A DNA stretch of 64,000 nt. Source: Escherichia phage vb_EcoM_bov9_1. The notes under the pieces are model-generated. The model was not told where the DNA came from. It did no database searches and was given only the letters and a program-made list of their open reading frames with translations. Location: the sequence record MT884006.2; one strand, given 5' to 3'. Below, piece after piece: positions 54,642 through 63,061 of this stretch. Position 1 is the first letter of the stretch; each line of letters starts with the position of its first letter. Position numbers and translations under genes: made by a program.

Positions 54642-55298
54642 ATGGCAGCACCTAGAATATCATTTTCGCCCTCTGATATTCTATTTGGTGTTCTAGATCG
54701 CTTGTTCAAAGATAACGCTACCGGGAAAGTTCTTGCTTCCCGGGTAGCTGTCGTAATTCTTTTGTTTATGATGGCGATTGTTTGGTATAGGGGAGATAGT
54801 TTCTTTGAGTACTATAAGCAATCAAAGTATGAAACATACAGTGAAATTATTGAAAAGGAAAGAAATGCACGCTTTGAATCTGTCGCCCTGGAACAACTCC
54901 AGATAGTTCACATATCATCTGAGGCAGACTTTAGTGCGGTGTATTCTTTCCGCCCTAAAAACTTAAACTATTTTGTCGATATTATAGCATATGAAGGAAA
55001 ATTACCTTCAACAATAAGTGAAAAATCACTTGGAGGATATCCTGTTGATAAAACTATGGATGAATATGCAGTTCATTTAAATGGACGTCATTATTATTCC
55101 AACTCAAAATTTGCTTTTTTACCAACTAAAAAGCCTACTCCCGAAATAAACTACATGTACAGTTGTCCATATTTTAATTTGGATAATATCTATGCTGGAA
55201 CGATAACCATGTACTGGTATAGAAATGATCATATAAGTAATGACCGCCTTGAATCAATATGCGCCCAGGCGGCCAGAATATTAGGAAGGGCTAAATAA
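54642..55298 (+). CDS. t: Holin T
   Basis: 218 aa; MAAPRISFSPSDILFGVLDRLFKDNATGKVLASRVAVVILLFMMAIVWY; single TM then periplasmic domain. Confidence 0.92.
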   Translation: MAAPRISFSPSDILFGVLDRLFKDNATGKVLASRVAVVILLFMMAIVWYRGDSFFEYYKQSKYETYSEIIEKERNARFESVALEQLQIVHISSEADFSAVYSFRPKNLNYFVDIIAYEGKLPSTISEKSLGGYPVDKTMDEYAVHLNGRHYYSNSKFAFLPTKKPTPEINYMYSCPYFNLDNIYAGTITMYWYRNDHISNDRLESICAQAARILGRAK

Positions 55299-55571
55299 TT
55301 ATTTGTTCGTATACATCTCTAGATATCGATATACACCCTCAAAACCCTCGTTGAATTCGTCGATGAGGGTTTTCTTATCTTCTTGAGTTAATTCAGAAAC
55401 AATTTTACGGAATGAATTCTGATTTAATTTTCTACCTTCATGTGTTACTCCAATCTCATTCAGAAATGCAATAAAATTAGCACGATTTTCAACAATATCT
55501 TCTCTGGAAAATTTAATCAAAATAGACGCAACAGTAATAATTTCACGAACTGTATCAATATTTTTATTCAT
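55299..55571 (-). CDS. asiA: AsiA anti-sigma70 factor
   Basis: 90 aa; MNKNIDTVREIITVASILIKFSREDIVENRANFIAFLNEIGVTHEGRKLNQNSF. Confidence 0.92.
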   Translation of the reverse strand: MNKNIDTVREIITVASILIKFSREDIVENRANFIAFLNEIGVTHEGRKLNQNSFRKIVSELTQEDKKTLIDEFNEGFEGVYRYLEMYTNK

Positions 55572-55583
55572 TAACTATACCAC

Positions 55584-55736
55584 TCAATTAGTTGACTTTG
55601 TTATAATATCATCAGACGCTTGATTTGTAAACTGGTCTGTGTTATTTTCTTCAAAAATTTTTTCTACGAATTCCTTGAACGACTTACGTTCCTGAGCTAC
55701 ATTATGCTCGATTACTTTTTCAAGATTATGACTCAT
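55584..55736 (-). CDS. Small ORF, 50 aa (asiA.5-like position), below track cutoff
   Basis: ATGA coupling to arn stop; MSHNLEKVIEHNVAQERKSFKEF. Confidence 0.45.
   Translation of the reverse strand: MSHNLEKVIEHNVAQERKSFKEFVEKIFEENNTDQFTNQASDDIITKSTN
55603..55632 (-). promoter_or_regulatory. Early promoter for asiA
   Basis: Minus strand GTTTACA - 17 nt - TATTAT, TGA extended -10; inside the 3' end of the 50-aa ORF. Confidence 0.5.
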
Positions 55737-56011
55737 TCGAAATAATCTTCAATTTCATAATCATGGACGTAAATCATTATAGTTTTTAATACATCATCAA
55801 TACTTTTTCCTGGAGCTGGAATTACGTAAAAATATCCTGCTTTTGAAATGTCTTTATAAGTTCCAATCAAGAAATCATTATTCTCGAGATGTAATTCTTC
55901 AACTAATTCATTAACAATTGAGTGGTATAAATTTGGTAGAAACTTATATAGCTTTTCTAGAATATCAATTTTGATTGTGTATTGAACCACAGACTGAGAA
56001 TCAATAATCAT
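55733..56011 (-). CDS. arn: Arn, anti-restriction nuclease inhibitor
   Basis: 92 aa; MIIDSQSVVQYTIKIDILEKLYKFLPNLYHSIVNELVEELHLENNDF. Confidence 0.88.
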   Translation of the reverse strand: MIIDSQSVVQYTIKIDILEKLYKFLPNLYHSIVNELVEELHLENNDFLIGTYKDISKAGYFYVIPAPGKSIDDVLKTIMIYVHDYEIEDYFE

Positions 56012-56120
56012 AGACCTTCCCCTTATGTTTCTGTTTGCGATTAGATTCTTTAAACGCTTTCTTCTTATCCTTATGAACAGAAGCTTTATTAAAATTATGT
56101 TTTGCGACTAAATTGTTCAT
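56001..56120 (-). CDS. Small basic ORF, 39 aa, below track cutoff
   Basis: ATG 56120; MNNLVAKHNFNKASVHKDKKKAFKESNRKQKHKGKVYDY; fills a gap that holds a gene in T4. Confidence 0.35.
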   Translation of the reverse strand: MNNLVAKHNFNKASVHKDKKKAFKESNRKQKHKGKVYDY

Positions 56121-56313
56121 AATGCTGAATTACCTCTCTTAAACATTTGCATGTGAATGAGAACTTTTTAGCTACACCACATTCAAATATATGTTCTCTT
56201 AAATCACGTGTATCAGTATATCCCATCTCAACAATAAAATGCCTTATTAGATTTTTATCTTTATCATTGAGAGAATTAAAATAATCGGATTTTGAATTAA
56301 TTTCCCTGGCCAA
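56095..56313 (-). CDS. Hypothetical protein, start uncertain
   Basis: 72 aa only with TTG start (GAAGGTGA site); first ATG gives 43 aa. Confidence 0.4.
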   Translation of the reverse strand: MAREINSKSDYFNSLNDKDKNLIRHFIVEMGYTDTRDLREHIFECGVAKKFSFTCKCLREVIQHYEQFSRKT

Positions 56314-56593
56314 ATTGAATCACCTTCAGTTGACGTTTTAGTTCTTTTATCATTTCTTCGTTCATCGCAATATAAAGATCGCGTAAAGCAGGTTTTAACA
56401 TTCCATTTACTGGAGAACTAAATGGGCATACATAATCTTTTCCTACGAGCTTTTTAGTTAATTCCATGTCACAAAACTGAAATGCTGGTTCATTGGCATA
56501 AATTCCCCAATTAGTTGACATCATTTTATTGGCATATTCTAATGCCTGGATTTGATTAGTAATTCCGTCAATTTGAAACTTTTTAATATTCAT
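56297..56593 (-). CDS. Hypothetical protein
   Basis: 98 aa; ATG verified. Confidence 0.55.
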   Translation of the reverse strand: MNIKKFQIDGITNQIQALEYANKMMSTNWGIYANEPAFQFCDMELTKKLVGKDYVCPFSSPVNGMLKPALRDLYIAMNEEMIKELKRQLKVIQFGQGN

Positions 56594-57054
56594 TAGTAAA
56601 GGTCCTCAGAGTAAAGTTCTTTTTCACTACCACCGCGTTCAATACGTACTTGTCCAGCGTAAGTTGCAATAATCATTGCTTCTTCACGTGTCCAATAATT
56701 ACTATATTGGTCAATAAACCCTTGGTCATCATCACAAACTTGCTGAGTAACTAATTGCGGTTTAACTACATCTAAAACTTCTGCCATATCTTTAGAATAA
56801 TGACGAGCACCCGGAATAATAAGAGTTCGTCCATCTTTTAATTTAAAACGGTTGGCTGCGCAAACAATTCGTCGTTGATACTTTTGGTTTTCATCCCAGT
56901 ATGCAGACTGCCAGCAAATTTCAGGAACTTCTTTCAGAATATCTTCTTCTGTGCATTTATAACCATGTGCTTTAAATTTTTGAACAAGACTTTCTGGAGT
57001 CTCACGAGATAAAGGAACATTCAACATTTTTAAACGATTAATAAATGGGTTCAT
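56593..57054 (-). CDS. Hypothetical protein
   Basis: 153 aa; ATG verified. Confidence 0.55.
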   Translation of the reverse strand: MNPFINRLKMLNVPLSRETPESLVQKFKAHGYKCTEEDILKEVPEICWQSAYWDENQKYQRRIVCAANRFKLKDGRTLIIPGARHYSKDMAEVLDVVKPQLVTQQVCDDDQGFIDQYSNYWTREEAMIIATYAGQVRIERGGSEKELYSEDLY

Positions 57055-57380
57055 TTAAACCATCCTTTAATACGCTGCCACAAAGTTTTCTGTTGAGCTT
57101 TGTTAACACCAATTGAGCGAATAACTGGTTGAGATTCCTGGAATTCTTTATAATCAGCAAGGTAAATTTCGTAAGCTGCATCCGTAAATGAACTTATCGC
57201 TGCCATAAAATTATTGCGAATACCTACTGGAGCATCTTTACTTTCACGAATAATCATGTATTTACCAGTCTTAATCTTTACAATAGTTCCAAGATAAGCT
57301 CCATGGTACCAAATATCCCAACCCTCTTGAGTAGGTTCTGCACAACGACGAAGTTCATTGACAATTTCTAACTTGTTCAT
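57051..57380 (-). CDS. Hypothetical protein
   Basis: 109 aa; ATG verified. Confidence 0.55.
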   Translation of the reverse strand: MNKLEIVNELRRCAEPTQEGWDIWYHGAYLGTIVKIKTGKYMIIRESKDAPVGIRNNFMAAISSFTDAAYEIYLADYKEFQESQPVIRSIGVNKAQQKTLWQRIKGWFK

Positions 57381-57390
57381 TATTTATTCC

Positions 57391-58026
57391 TCACAGTTCA
57401 GATGCTACAGTGATTACTGCTTCAATGTTTTCTGCCGAGCGTTTAATATCAAGATACACATTACCGTTTTTAGCGATTTTACATGACATTCCGATGTCAG
57501 TAAATTTCTGAATATGGTGTTCCATCATTTTGTATCCAAAAATTCGCATATTTCCATTGTTGTTAATTTCAAAATTACGAATTCCGTGAGTGCGTTTTTC
57601 TAAAATAGCGAGATAGTTACTACGATAAGTTTCAACCTTTTTAAGAACAAATCCATTTTCATCTAAAAGTTTTAACATGAAGTCTTTATCTTCTTCCATA
57701 TCGGAAGTAATCTCACGAGCTTTACGAGTTGCTCGTTTTTTCAGCAGTTCCGGAGCATTTTCCTGCGCGTATAAAGTTGCTGCATTTGAAATAATATCCT
57801 GAGCTTCACCAGTAATGATTAATCCATCACCAGATTTCTCCACCAGGCCTTTTTTAATCAATACCCCAATATTACTATTAACTACTGCGTTACCTAAATC
57901 TGGATGCACCTCACGAACTTCTGCAGCTGTAATGAAATCTTTCTTAGCAATGGTAATTAAAATCGCAGCAGTTTTTTCATTCAGAACATCGTTAGAAGCT
58001 TTGATGATGTAAGTTACTTTAGACAT
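57391..58026 (-). CDS. motA: MotA middle-promoter transcription activator
   Basis: 211 aa; MSKVTYIIKASNDVLNEKTAAILITIAKKDFITAAEVREVHPDLGNAVV. Confidence 0.93.
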   Translation of the reverse strand: MSKVTYIIKASNDVLNEKTAAILITIAKKDFITAAEVREVHPDLGNAVVNSNIGVLIKKGLVEKSGDGLIITGEAQDIISNAATLYAQENAPELLKKRATRKAREITSDMEEDKDFMLKLLDENGFVLKKVETYRSNYLAILEKRTHGIRNFEINNNGNMRIFGYKMMEHHIQKFTDIGMSCKIAKNGNVYLDIKRSAENIEAVITVASEL

Positions 58027-58058
58027 TTTTTAATCTCCGTAATTCTGTATCAGTAGTT

Positions 58059-58128
58059 GATAGTTGTATAGTACCACAGTATGCTTTGGTTGTAAACCGT
58101 TTTGTGAAAAAATTTTTGAAATAAAAAA
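58059..58128. repeat. 70-bp exact repeat, copy 2 (contains motA early promoter)
   Basis: Identical to 41436-41505. Confidence 0.8.
58068..58097 (-). promoter_or_regulatory. Early promoter for motA
   Basis: Minus strand GTTTACA - 17 nt - TACTAT, TGG extended -10. Confidence 0.6.
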
Positions 58129-58150
58129 AGGGAGAGCCTCGGCTCTCCCT
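58110..58150 (-). terminator. Terminator after gene 52 and the small ORF
   Basis: agggagagccGAGGcucucccu then UUUUUUUAUUUCAAAAAUUUUUU on minus strand. Confidence 0.6.
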
Positions 58151-58154
58151 AAAA

Positions 58155-58304
58155 TTACTGCATGACTGTGATAACTGTCATGATAACACGTTGAATTCCG
58201 AACGCAAGAAGACCTCCTGCTACGGCTGGAACAACGCCTAAACCCGCCAGTAAAATGCTACCAGATACTAATGCAGCGCTTGTAATACCAATGAATGGAC
58301 TCAT
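58155..58304 (-). CDS. Small hydrophobic peptide, 49 aa, below track cutoff
   Basis: ATGA coupling with gene 52 stop; MSPFIGITSAALVSGSILLAGLGVVPAVAGGLLAFGIQRVIMTVITVMQ. Confidence 0.4.
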   Translation of the reverse strand: MSPFIGITSAALVSGSILLAGLGVVPAVAGGLLAFGIQRVIMTVITVMQ

Positions 58305-59629
58305 TTGATTTCCTCTAAATCTTTAGTGTATTCAGTAACTACATCAGTAGTTTTCCAATATTCGTTTTCTTCTTTTTTAGCTTTAGCTTCTTCAGCAAGT
58401 TTCTTTGCTTCATCGGAAGTCATATGAAAAATATTCATTCCAACTAGTTTATCAACATAAGAAGAATACATATCGATTTTCGAAAGTTCTTCGGTCAGTT
58501 CTTTACGAGTTTTACCCTGTACAACAATTTCACCTGAAATTACTTTCTTAATGAAATGCGCCTTGGCAAAGGCTAAACGAAAAGCTGACTCAGTTTCTTT
58601 AATTTTGTTATCAATTCGTTTTTGGACATAAGTTTTACGAACTTCAACGAAGTCTTTAATTAAATCAACTACGTTATCGTAAACTTGTAGTTTTCCTTTC
58701 TCATTAATAACCGTAATATTCTGAGAACGACGCTCAATCAATCCGAAGTCTTTCATAATTTTTGCATGGCGTTCTTCTTCGTTATCGCTCAAAGAGTATT
58801 CTTTGCGGAATTTAACTTTAAAGCCAAAACCATGCTCACCACAAGCATCATCCCATGTAATGAAGCCCTTATCTTCAAGCGGGTCTAAGATTTTACTCAC
58901 ATAAGTTTCGCGATCATACTTATATGGAATCTCAGTGATATGCATTTGGGTTCGTGAAGTAAACTTGTACGTTCCACGAATTTCATATTGACCGTCAATC
59001 TCAACGACTTCACCGCGAAATTCTGGGAATTCTACCTTCGGTTTAGTTACTTTCTTTCCTTGAAGAGCTTGCAGTACAGCTTTCTTGACAGAAGAAACAC
59101 TATGAGGAAGAATGTAAGTTGCATAACCAGTTGCAATACCGGAAACGCCATTAAGAAGAACAGTAGGAATAATAGGCAAATAGAAAGCAGGCGGAATGTG
59201 TTCTTTATCTTGATGTACTGGAGCATATTCAGTATCTTTATATACGTTATAGAAATTTTTACTTACACGAGCAAAAATATAACGACTTGCTGCTGCTTTT
59301 TGAACAGTACGAGAACCAAAGTTTCCTTGACCATCTAACAGAGGAAAGTTATTATTCCAAGTGTTAGCCATCAAAGCCCCCGCATCTTGTGCAGAGTTTT
59401 CACCATGATGATATCCAAGGTCCGCTACACCACCTGCAATAGAAGCGAGTTTGTGAAACTTATCTTTATTTCCTCGTGCCAAATCAAGAGCTCGAGCAAT
59501 AACAAATCGTTGAACTGGCTTAAATCCATCAATCATATTTGGAATGGCACGATTTTCAACCGTGTACATAGCATAAGCCAATGCTTCATTATCAATGATA
59601 CTTTTTAAATCGCGATTATTCAGTTGCAT
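58301..59629 (-). CDS. 52: DNA topoisomerase II medium subunit gp52
   Basis: 442 aa; MQLNNRDLKSIIDNEALAYAMYTVENRAIPNMIDGFKPVQRFV (GyrA-like breakage-reunion domain). Confidence 0.93.
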   Translation of the reverse strand: MQLNNRDLKSIIDNEALAYAMYTVENRAIPNMIDGFKPVQRFVIARALDLARGNKDKFHKLASIAGGVADLGYHHGENSAQDAGALMANTWNNNFPLLDGQGNFGSRTVQKAAASRYIFARVSKNFYNVYKDTEYAPVHQDKEHIPPAFYLPIIPTVLLNGVSGIATGYATYILPHSVSSVKKAVLQALQGKKVTKPKVEFPEFRGEVVEIDGQYEIRGTYKFTSRTQMHITEIPYKYDRETYVSKILDPLEDKGFITWDDACGEHGFGFKVKFRKEYSLSDNEEERHAKIMKDFGLIERRSQNITVINEKGKLQVYDNVVDLIKDFVEVRKTYVQKRIDNKIKETESAFRLAFAKAHFIKKVISGEIVVQGKTRKELTEELSKIDMYSSYVDKLVGMNIFHMTSDEAKKLAEEAKAKKEENEYWKTTDVVTEYTKDLEEIK

Positions 59630-59633
59630 AAAT

Positions 59634-59774
59634 TTACCATACTAGTGAATGTAGTGCCATAATAACATCAGAAATGAAAAGCACGACTTGAATTAATCCG
59701 AACATTACTCCATAATATAGTGCTACCAATAAAGTAGCAAGGGCTAATGAATAGCCCAAGATTTTCTTAATCAT
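59634..59774 (-). CDS. Small hydrophobic peptide, 46 aa, below track cutoff
   Basis: MIKKILGYSLALATLLVALYYGVMFGLIQVVLFISDVIMALHSLVW; start overlaps upstream small ORF stop. Confidence 0.35.
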   Translation of the reverse strand: MIKKILGYSLALATLLVALYYGVMFGLIQVVLFISDVIMALHSLVW

Positions 59775-59925
59775 TAGTAGATAACAACACAAATGTTAAA
59801 TATGCACACATACCCTGAGCTAAAGCTTGCGAAAACACACTGCTGGCATCAATACAGATAGTTAAAACACATGCTACTATCCAACAAATAAATGAAATAA
59901 CTCCTAATAATTTTGCAATATTCAT
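59767..59925 (-). CDS. Small hydrophobic peptide, 52 aa, below track cutoff
   Basis: GAGGAAAATAT site; MNIAKLLGVISFICWIVACVLTICIDASSVFSQALAQGMCAYLTFVLLSTND. Confidence 0.4.
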   Translation of the reverse strand: MNIAKLLGVISFICWIVACVLTICIDASSVFSQALAQGMCAYLTFVLLSTND

Positions 59926-60012
59926 ATTTTCCTCACTGGTGTCCGAAGACGCCTTTAGTTTTAAGATTATTACGATAGAATTGCATCACGTGTTCGTTGT
60001 GGAAATTACTCA

Positions 60013-60471
60013 TTAATATGCCTGCAAAACGAATTTAAAATTATCAGCCAACATACGGTTCATTTCTTCAAGTGTTTGATACTCAGAATGATGATTACGA
60101 GTAAACGCTAAAGCTAACTGTCCTTTTCCAAATCCCGTCGTCAGAGGTTTCATCTTAGAAGCAGGCAGATAAAATACTGTGTATGGAACATTGTTATTTG
60201 CAATAGTACGTGCAAGCTGAGACCGACGTTGACGAATATGACTTAGAACTGCGCTGAATCCTTGCTTAGAACGCTGATTACCTACATAAAATCGTGCAGA
60301 CACACATGGATTACTAAATGGACGACCATCTAATTTACTTACTAAAAAGTAAAATCCAGGTTTAGATAAAATATCTTTGTGTGGAACTCCCAAAAACCAC
60401 TCACCACCCTTGATTGTACCAATAACAGTAGCGCCCGCATTATTCAAATCAGTAACAGTCATATATTTCAT
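60013..60471 (-). CDS. ndd: Ndd nucleoid disruption protein
   Basis: 152 aa from ATG 60471; [28 protein letters not shown] matches T4 Ndd. Confidence 0.9.
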   Translation of the reverse strand: MKYMTVTDLNNAGATVIGTIKGGEWFLGVPHKDILSKPGFYFLVSKLDGRPFSNPCVSARFYVGNQRSKQGFSAVLSHIRQRRSQLARTIANNNVPYTVFYLPASKMKPLTTGFGKGQLALAFTRNHHSEYQTLEEMNRMLADNFKFVLQAY

Positions 60472-60529
60472 ATTAATTTCCTCTAAATTATTTTCTACTC
60501 CAAGGCCGCATGAATACGCGGCCATTAAA

Positions 60530-60745
60530 TTAATCGTCGCAGTCGACGCTCAATTCCCAAAACTCTTCTACAGTATAAGTTTCAGTATCATTTTCAATAC
60601 AGAAACGTTCATTACTGTTATTTGCTAAAGTAGCATTAACTGCCGGTTTCTCGCTAGTGCTCTTAAGAGGTGAAATACGAATTAACTGATCACCGTTATC
60701 TAAACAGAAAATTTCACCAACTTTTACATCTTTAAAACTTTTCAT
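60530..60745 (-). CDS. Hypothetical protein
   Basis: 71 aa; ATG verified. Confidence 0.5.
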   Translation of the reverse strand: MKSFKDVKVGEIFCLDNGDQLIRISPLKSTSEKPAVNATLANNSNERFCIENDTETYTVEEFWELSVDCDD

Positions 60746-60860
60746 AATTCACCTCAAGGAGTATAAAATCCAAATGCAGTTGTTGACCATCCCATCCAAT
60801 ATGGAAAATTTGCACCGATGTAGAACATAAAAATATAAAACCAACCGCTCAACAAATTCA

Positions 60861-61058
60861 TCATTTTACACCATTCCAAATTGTTTCAACTACGGATTTT
60901 AAACCGTTTTGATGAATATCCATTCCGACTACCGCCATCAAATAGATTCCAACTACAACTGAACCTAAGGCAAAAATCAGCATGAAAATGAATAAAGCCG
61001 GAAAAATATTATCGAAAAACCATTCAATAAATGTAAAAGCACTGCGTTTACGCTTCAT
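60861..61058 (-). CDS. Small membrane protein, 65 aa
   Basis: Start moved to ATG 61058 with GAGGAAAATAT site; hydrophobic core FIFMLIFALGSVVVGIYLMAVVG. Confidence 0.5.
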   Translation of the reverse strand: MKRKRSAFTFIEWFFDNIFPALFIFMLIFALGSVVVGIYLMAVVGMDIHQNGLKSVVETIWNGVK

Positions 61059-61065
61059 ATTTTCC

Positions 61066-61179
61066 TCACATAAATCCAAAGTAAACGTTTAATACATCAA
61101 TCATTAAAACGATTGGGAATATACTCAAAACTATTAGTATTATAACTACATTCCATATAGCTTTAACAATCTTTTTCAT
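61066..61179 (-). CDS. Tiny membrane peptide, 37 aa
   Basis: ATG 61179 with GGAGGA site just downstream of an early promoter; MKKIVKAIWNVVIILIVLSIFPIVLMIDVLNVYFGFM. Confidence 0.45.
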   Translation of the reverse strand: MKKIVKAIWNVVIILIVLSIFPIVLMIDVLNVYFGFM

Positions 61180-61207
61180 TTTCTGTTCCTCCGTAGTTGA
61201 TAGGGTA

Positions 61208-61237
61208 ATAGTACCACGGAAGAACAGTCTTGTAAAC
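61208..61237 (-). promoter_or_regulatory. Early promoter
   Basis: Minus strand GTTTACA - 17 nt - TACTAT, TGG extended -10. Confidence 0.55.
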
Positions 61238-61243
61238 AACTTT

Positions 61244-61342
61244 TTAAAAATATTCGTAATAAATGTGAATACCAATCACCACTGCTGAAACCTGTGCAAC
61301 CCACCACGCACAAGCAATAAGTACAGAATTCAAAATTTTCAT
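61244..61342 (-). CDS. Tiny hydrophobic peptide, 32 aa
   Basis: ATGA coupling to upstream tiny ORF; MKILNSVLIACAWWVAQVSAVVIGIHIYYEYF. Confidence 0.3.
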   Translation of the reverse strand: MKILNSVLIACAWWVAQVSAVVIGIHIYYEYF

Positions 61343-61425
61343 AATAACCTCATCACAAAAGTAAATGTTAAACAAATTAATGGAATACTAATTAACCAAA
61401 CAAAACACCACCATAATGAACTCAT
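61339..61425 (-). CDS. Tiny hydrophobic peptide, 28 aa
   Basis: ATGA coupling to upstream 87-aa ORF; MSSLWWCFVWLISIPLICLTFTFVMRLL. Confidence 0.3.
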   Translation of the reverse strand: MSSLWWCFVWLISIPLICLTFTFVMRLL

Positions 61426-61685
61426 AGTTCAATCTCAGCGATTTTCATTTCATTACTATTAATAGCCTCTTTAAGACTATCCGAAAGAATTACATTCCAG
61501 TGGTCATTCATATGACCATTAACTAAGCGTGTAATTTCTTCAGGAGTTGAAAAATAAGGCTGATCAGACTCCCAATGCGATAATCCTAAGCGAGTATAAA
61601 TCATACCTTCATCATCGCTAGAATATTCAACTGACACAAACTCATCAGTTATTTTATGCTTAGCATAATAAAATTTAAATTTCAT
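61422..61685 (-). CDS. Hypothetical protein, 87 aa
   Basis: Start moved to ATG 61685 (track used TTG 61694). Confidence 0.5.
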   Translation of the reverse strand: MKFKFYYAKHKITDEFVSVEYSSDDEGMIYTRLGLSHWESDQPYFSTPEEITRLVNGHMNDHWNVILSDSLKEAINSNEMKIAEIEL

Positions 61686-61690
61686 TTTAC

Positions 61691-61897
61691 TCAATAATCC
61701 GCTAAAAGATCAACGATTGCATCACGAAGACACTTATTTGCAATACGTTTAAGAGCAATTTCAGTTTCTGGAGCATTTTGAATAATCATCGAATTCAACT
61801 CAGCCTCAGCAAACTGAAGTTCTTTAACTAATTCAGCTTTATATTTTCCTTGCCCTTTCTTAGCTTTTGCTCGTTTTAATTCAGCTGTAGTAAACAT
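61691..61897 (-). CDS. Hypothetical protein, 68 aa
   Basis: Start moved to ATG 61897 with GGAGAAT site; track extension runs through an early promoter. Confidence 0.5.
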   Translation of the reverse strand: MFTTAELKRAKAKKGQGKYKAELVKELQFAEAELNSMIIQNAPETEIALKRIANKCLRDAIVDLLADY

Positions 61898-61931
61898 TTT
61901 ATTCTCCAAATCCGTATCAGTTGATAGTTGT

Positions 61932-61961
61932 ATAGTACCACAGTCCTTGTGGTATGTAAAC
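61932..61961 (-). promoter_or_regulatory. Early promoter
   Basis: Minus strand GTTTACA - 17 nt - TACTAT, TGG extended -10; related to the 70-bp repeat. Confidence 0.55.
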
Positions 61962-61977
61962 TGTTTTGTGAAATTTT

Positions 61978-62535
61978 TTAAATGGAAAGATACCATCCAT
62001 TGTAGTTGCTTTTTCTTACAACCTTACGAAGGTCTTCTCTGTCACCGATGAACTTCGGAGTGTACTGGATGACACCTGGATGAATTTCTTTAGTGTTGAA
62101 TATAATTATACAGTCAGCGACTTGATGATTTAGAATGGGCCCTAGATTTATTCCAGAACCGTATGGATACTCTCCGCTGCATCCTGTTGTTACAGAAATC
62201 CAACGTGAGTCAGTTTGGTGTGTCTTAACTTCTACACGAAGCCCGCAGTATCTTGGATGCGCCAATACATCCCATGCGTATGTATACGGGTCATTAACAT
62301 CTTCTTGACCTTTATTGACATATCCGCTTAGCCAATCTGCCACAAAAAACTCTGCGTACACAGCGATACGGCATCTTTCGATAACTTCTGCCTTATCTTG
62401 ATTTGGATTTTGCTTTAAAGAGTATCTTACAGTATCAGCAATTTTGACCTTCATTTCACTGGTCAAGTCACTGTTCGATAGGGTAAATGTCGGAATCTGA
62501 AATAGTCTCTGTAACCCAGGATTCGTTTTCTGCAT
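61978..62535 (-). CDS. denB: Endonuclease IV
   Basis: 185 aa; MQKTNPGLQRLFQIPTFTLSNSDLTSEMKVKIADTVRYSLKQNPNQD. Confidence 0.9.
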   Translation of the reverse strand: MQKTNPGLQRLFQIPTFTLSNSDLTSEMKVKIADTVRYSLKQNPNQDKAEVIERCRIAVYAEFFVADWLSGYVNKGQEDVNDPYTYAWDVLAHPRYCGLRVEVKTHQTDSRWISVTTGCSGEYPYGSGINLGPILNHQVADCIIIFNTKEIHPGVIQYTPKFIGDREDLRKVVRKSNYNGWYLSI

Positions 62536-62797
62536 TTAAACTTTCCTTTTTACCACTAAGATAAGCGTTATACACTTTAAGAGTACCATAGTAAATTCGA
62601 TCATTTTCATCTAAAGAATTACGATCAAGTTCATCGAGATTCTTTTTGTCCATGACTATAACATCATTGCAGTAAAGAACTCCAAGTTTTTCATGCCCAA
62701 ACTCGAATTTATTGCAGTACACAATATTAGCATAATGATTACCATGTAGAGAAATTTCTTTTATGTCGGAATCACCGATATTCATACAATAAATCAT
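62468..62797 (-). CDS. Hypothetical protein (denB.1-like position)
   Basis: 109 aa; AAGGTAAATT site; overlaps denB start by 68 nt. Confidence 0.5.
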   Translation of the reverse strand: MIYCMNIGDSDIKEISLHGNHYANIVYCNKFEFGHEKLGVLYCNDVIVMDKKNLDELDRNSLDENDRIYYGTLKVYNAYLSGKKESLNAENESWVTETISDSDIYPIEQ

Positions 62798-62804
62798 AAT
62801 TTAC

Positions 62805-62829
62805 CTTAAAACAAAAGGGCCGAAGCCCT
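62805..62829 (-). terminator. Hairpin with U-tract
   Basis: agggcUUCGgcccu then UUUUGUUUUAAGG on minus strand. Confidence 0.4.
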
Positions 62830-62838
62830 CTTTTACTT

Positions 62839-63033
62839 TTACTTGAATTGTGCAATTCTTTTCTCTAGACATTCAGCATAAGATTTCATTGAGATGAACT
62901 GTGAAAGTAGCAGTTCTTGCTCAACTGCACTAACTGTTAGAAACTTTGTGCTTTCTAAAAATTTGCTCAGTGCATTAATTTTGAGCATTAATTGATCGTA
63001 TTCTTCTTTTACTCGTGCTTGATAACCTAACAT
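62839..63033 (-). CDS. Hypothetical small protein
   Basis: 64 aa; ATG verified; AAGGAAAATTATG site. Confidence 0.5.
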   Translation of the reverse strand: MLGYQARVKEEYDQLMLKINALSKFLESTKFLTVSAVEQELLLSQFISMKSYAECLEKRIAQFK

Positions 63034-63061
63034 AATTTTCCTTAGTTAAGGGCCGAAGCCC

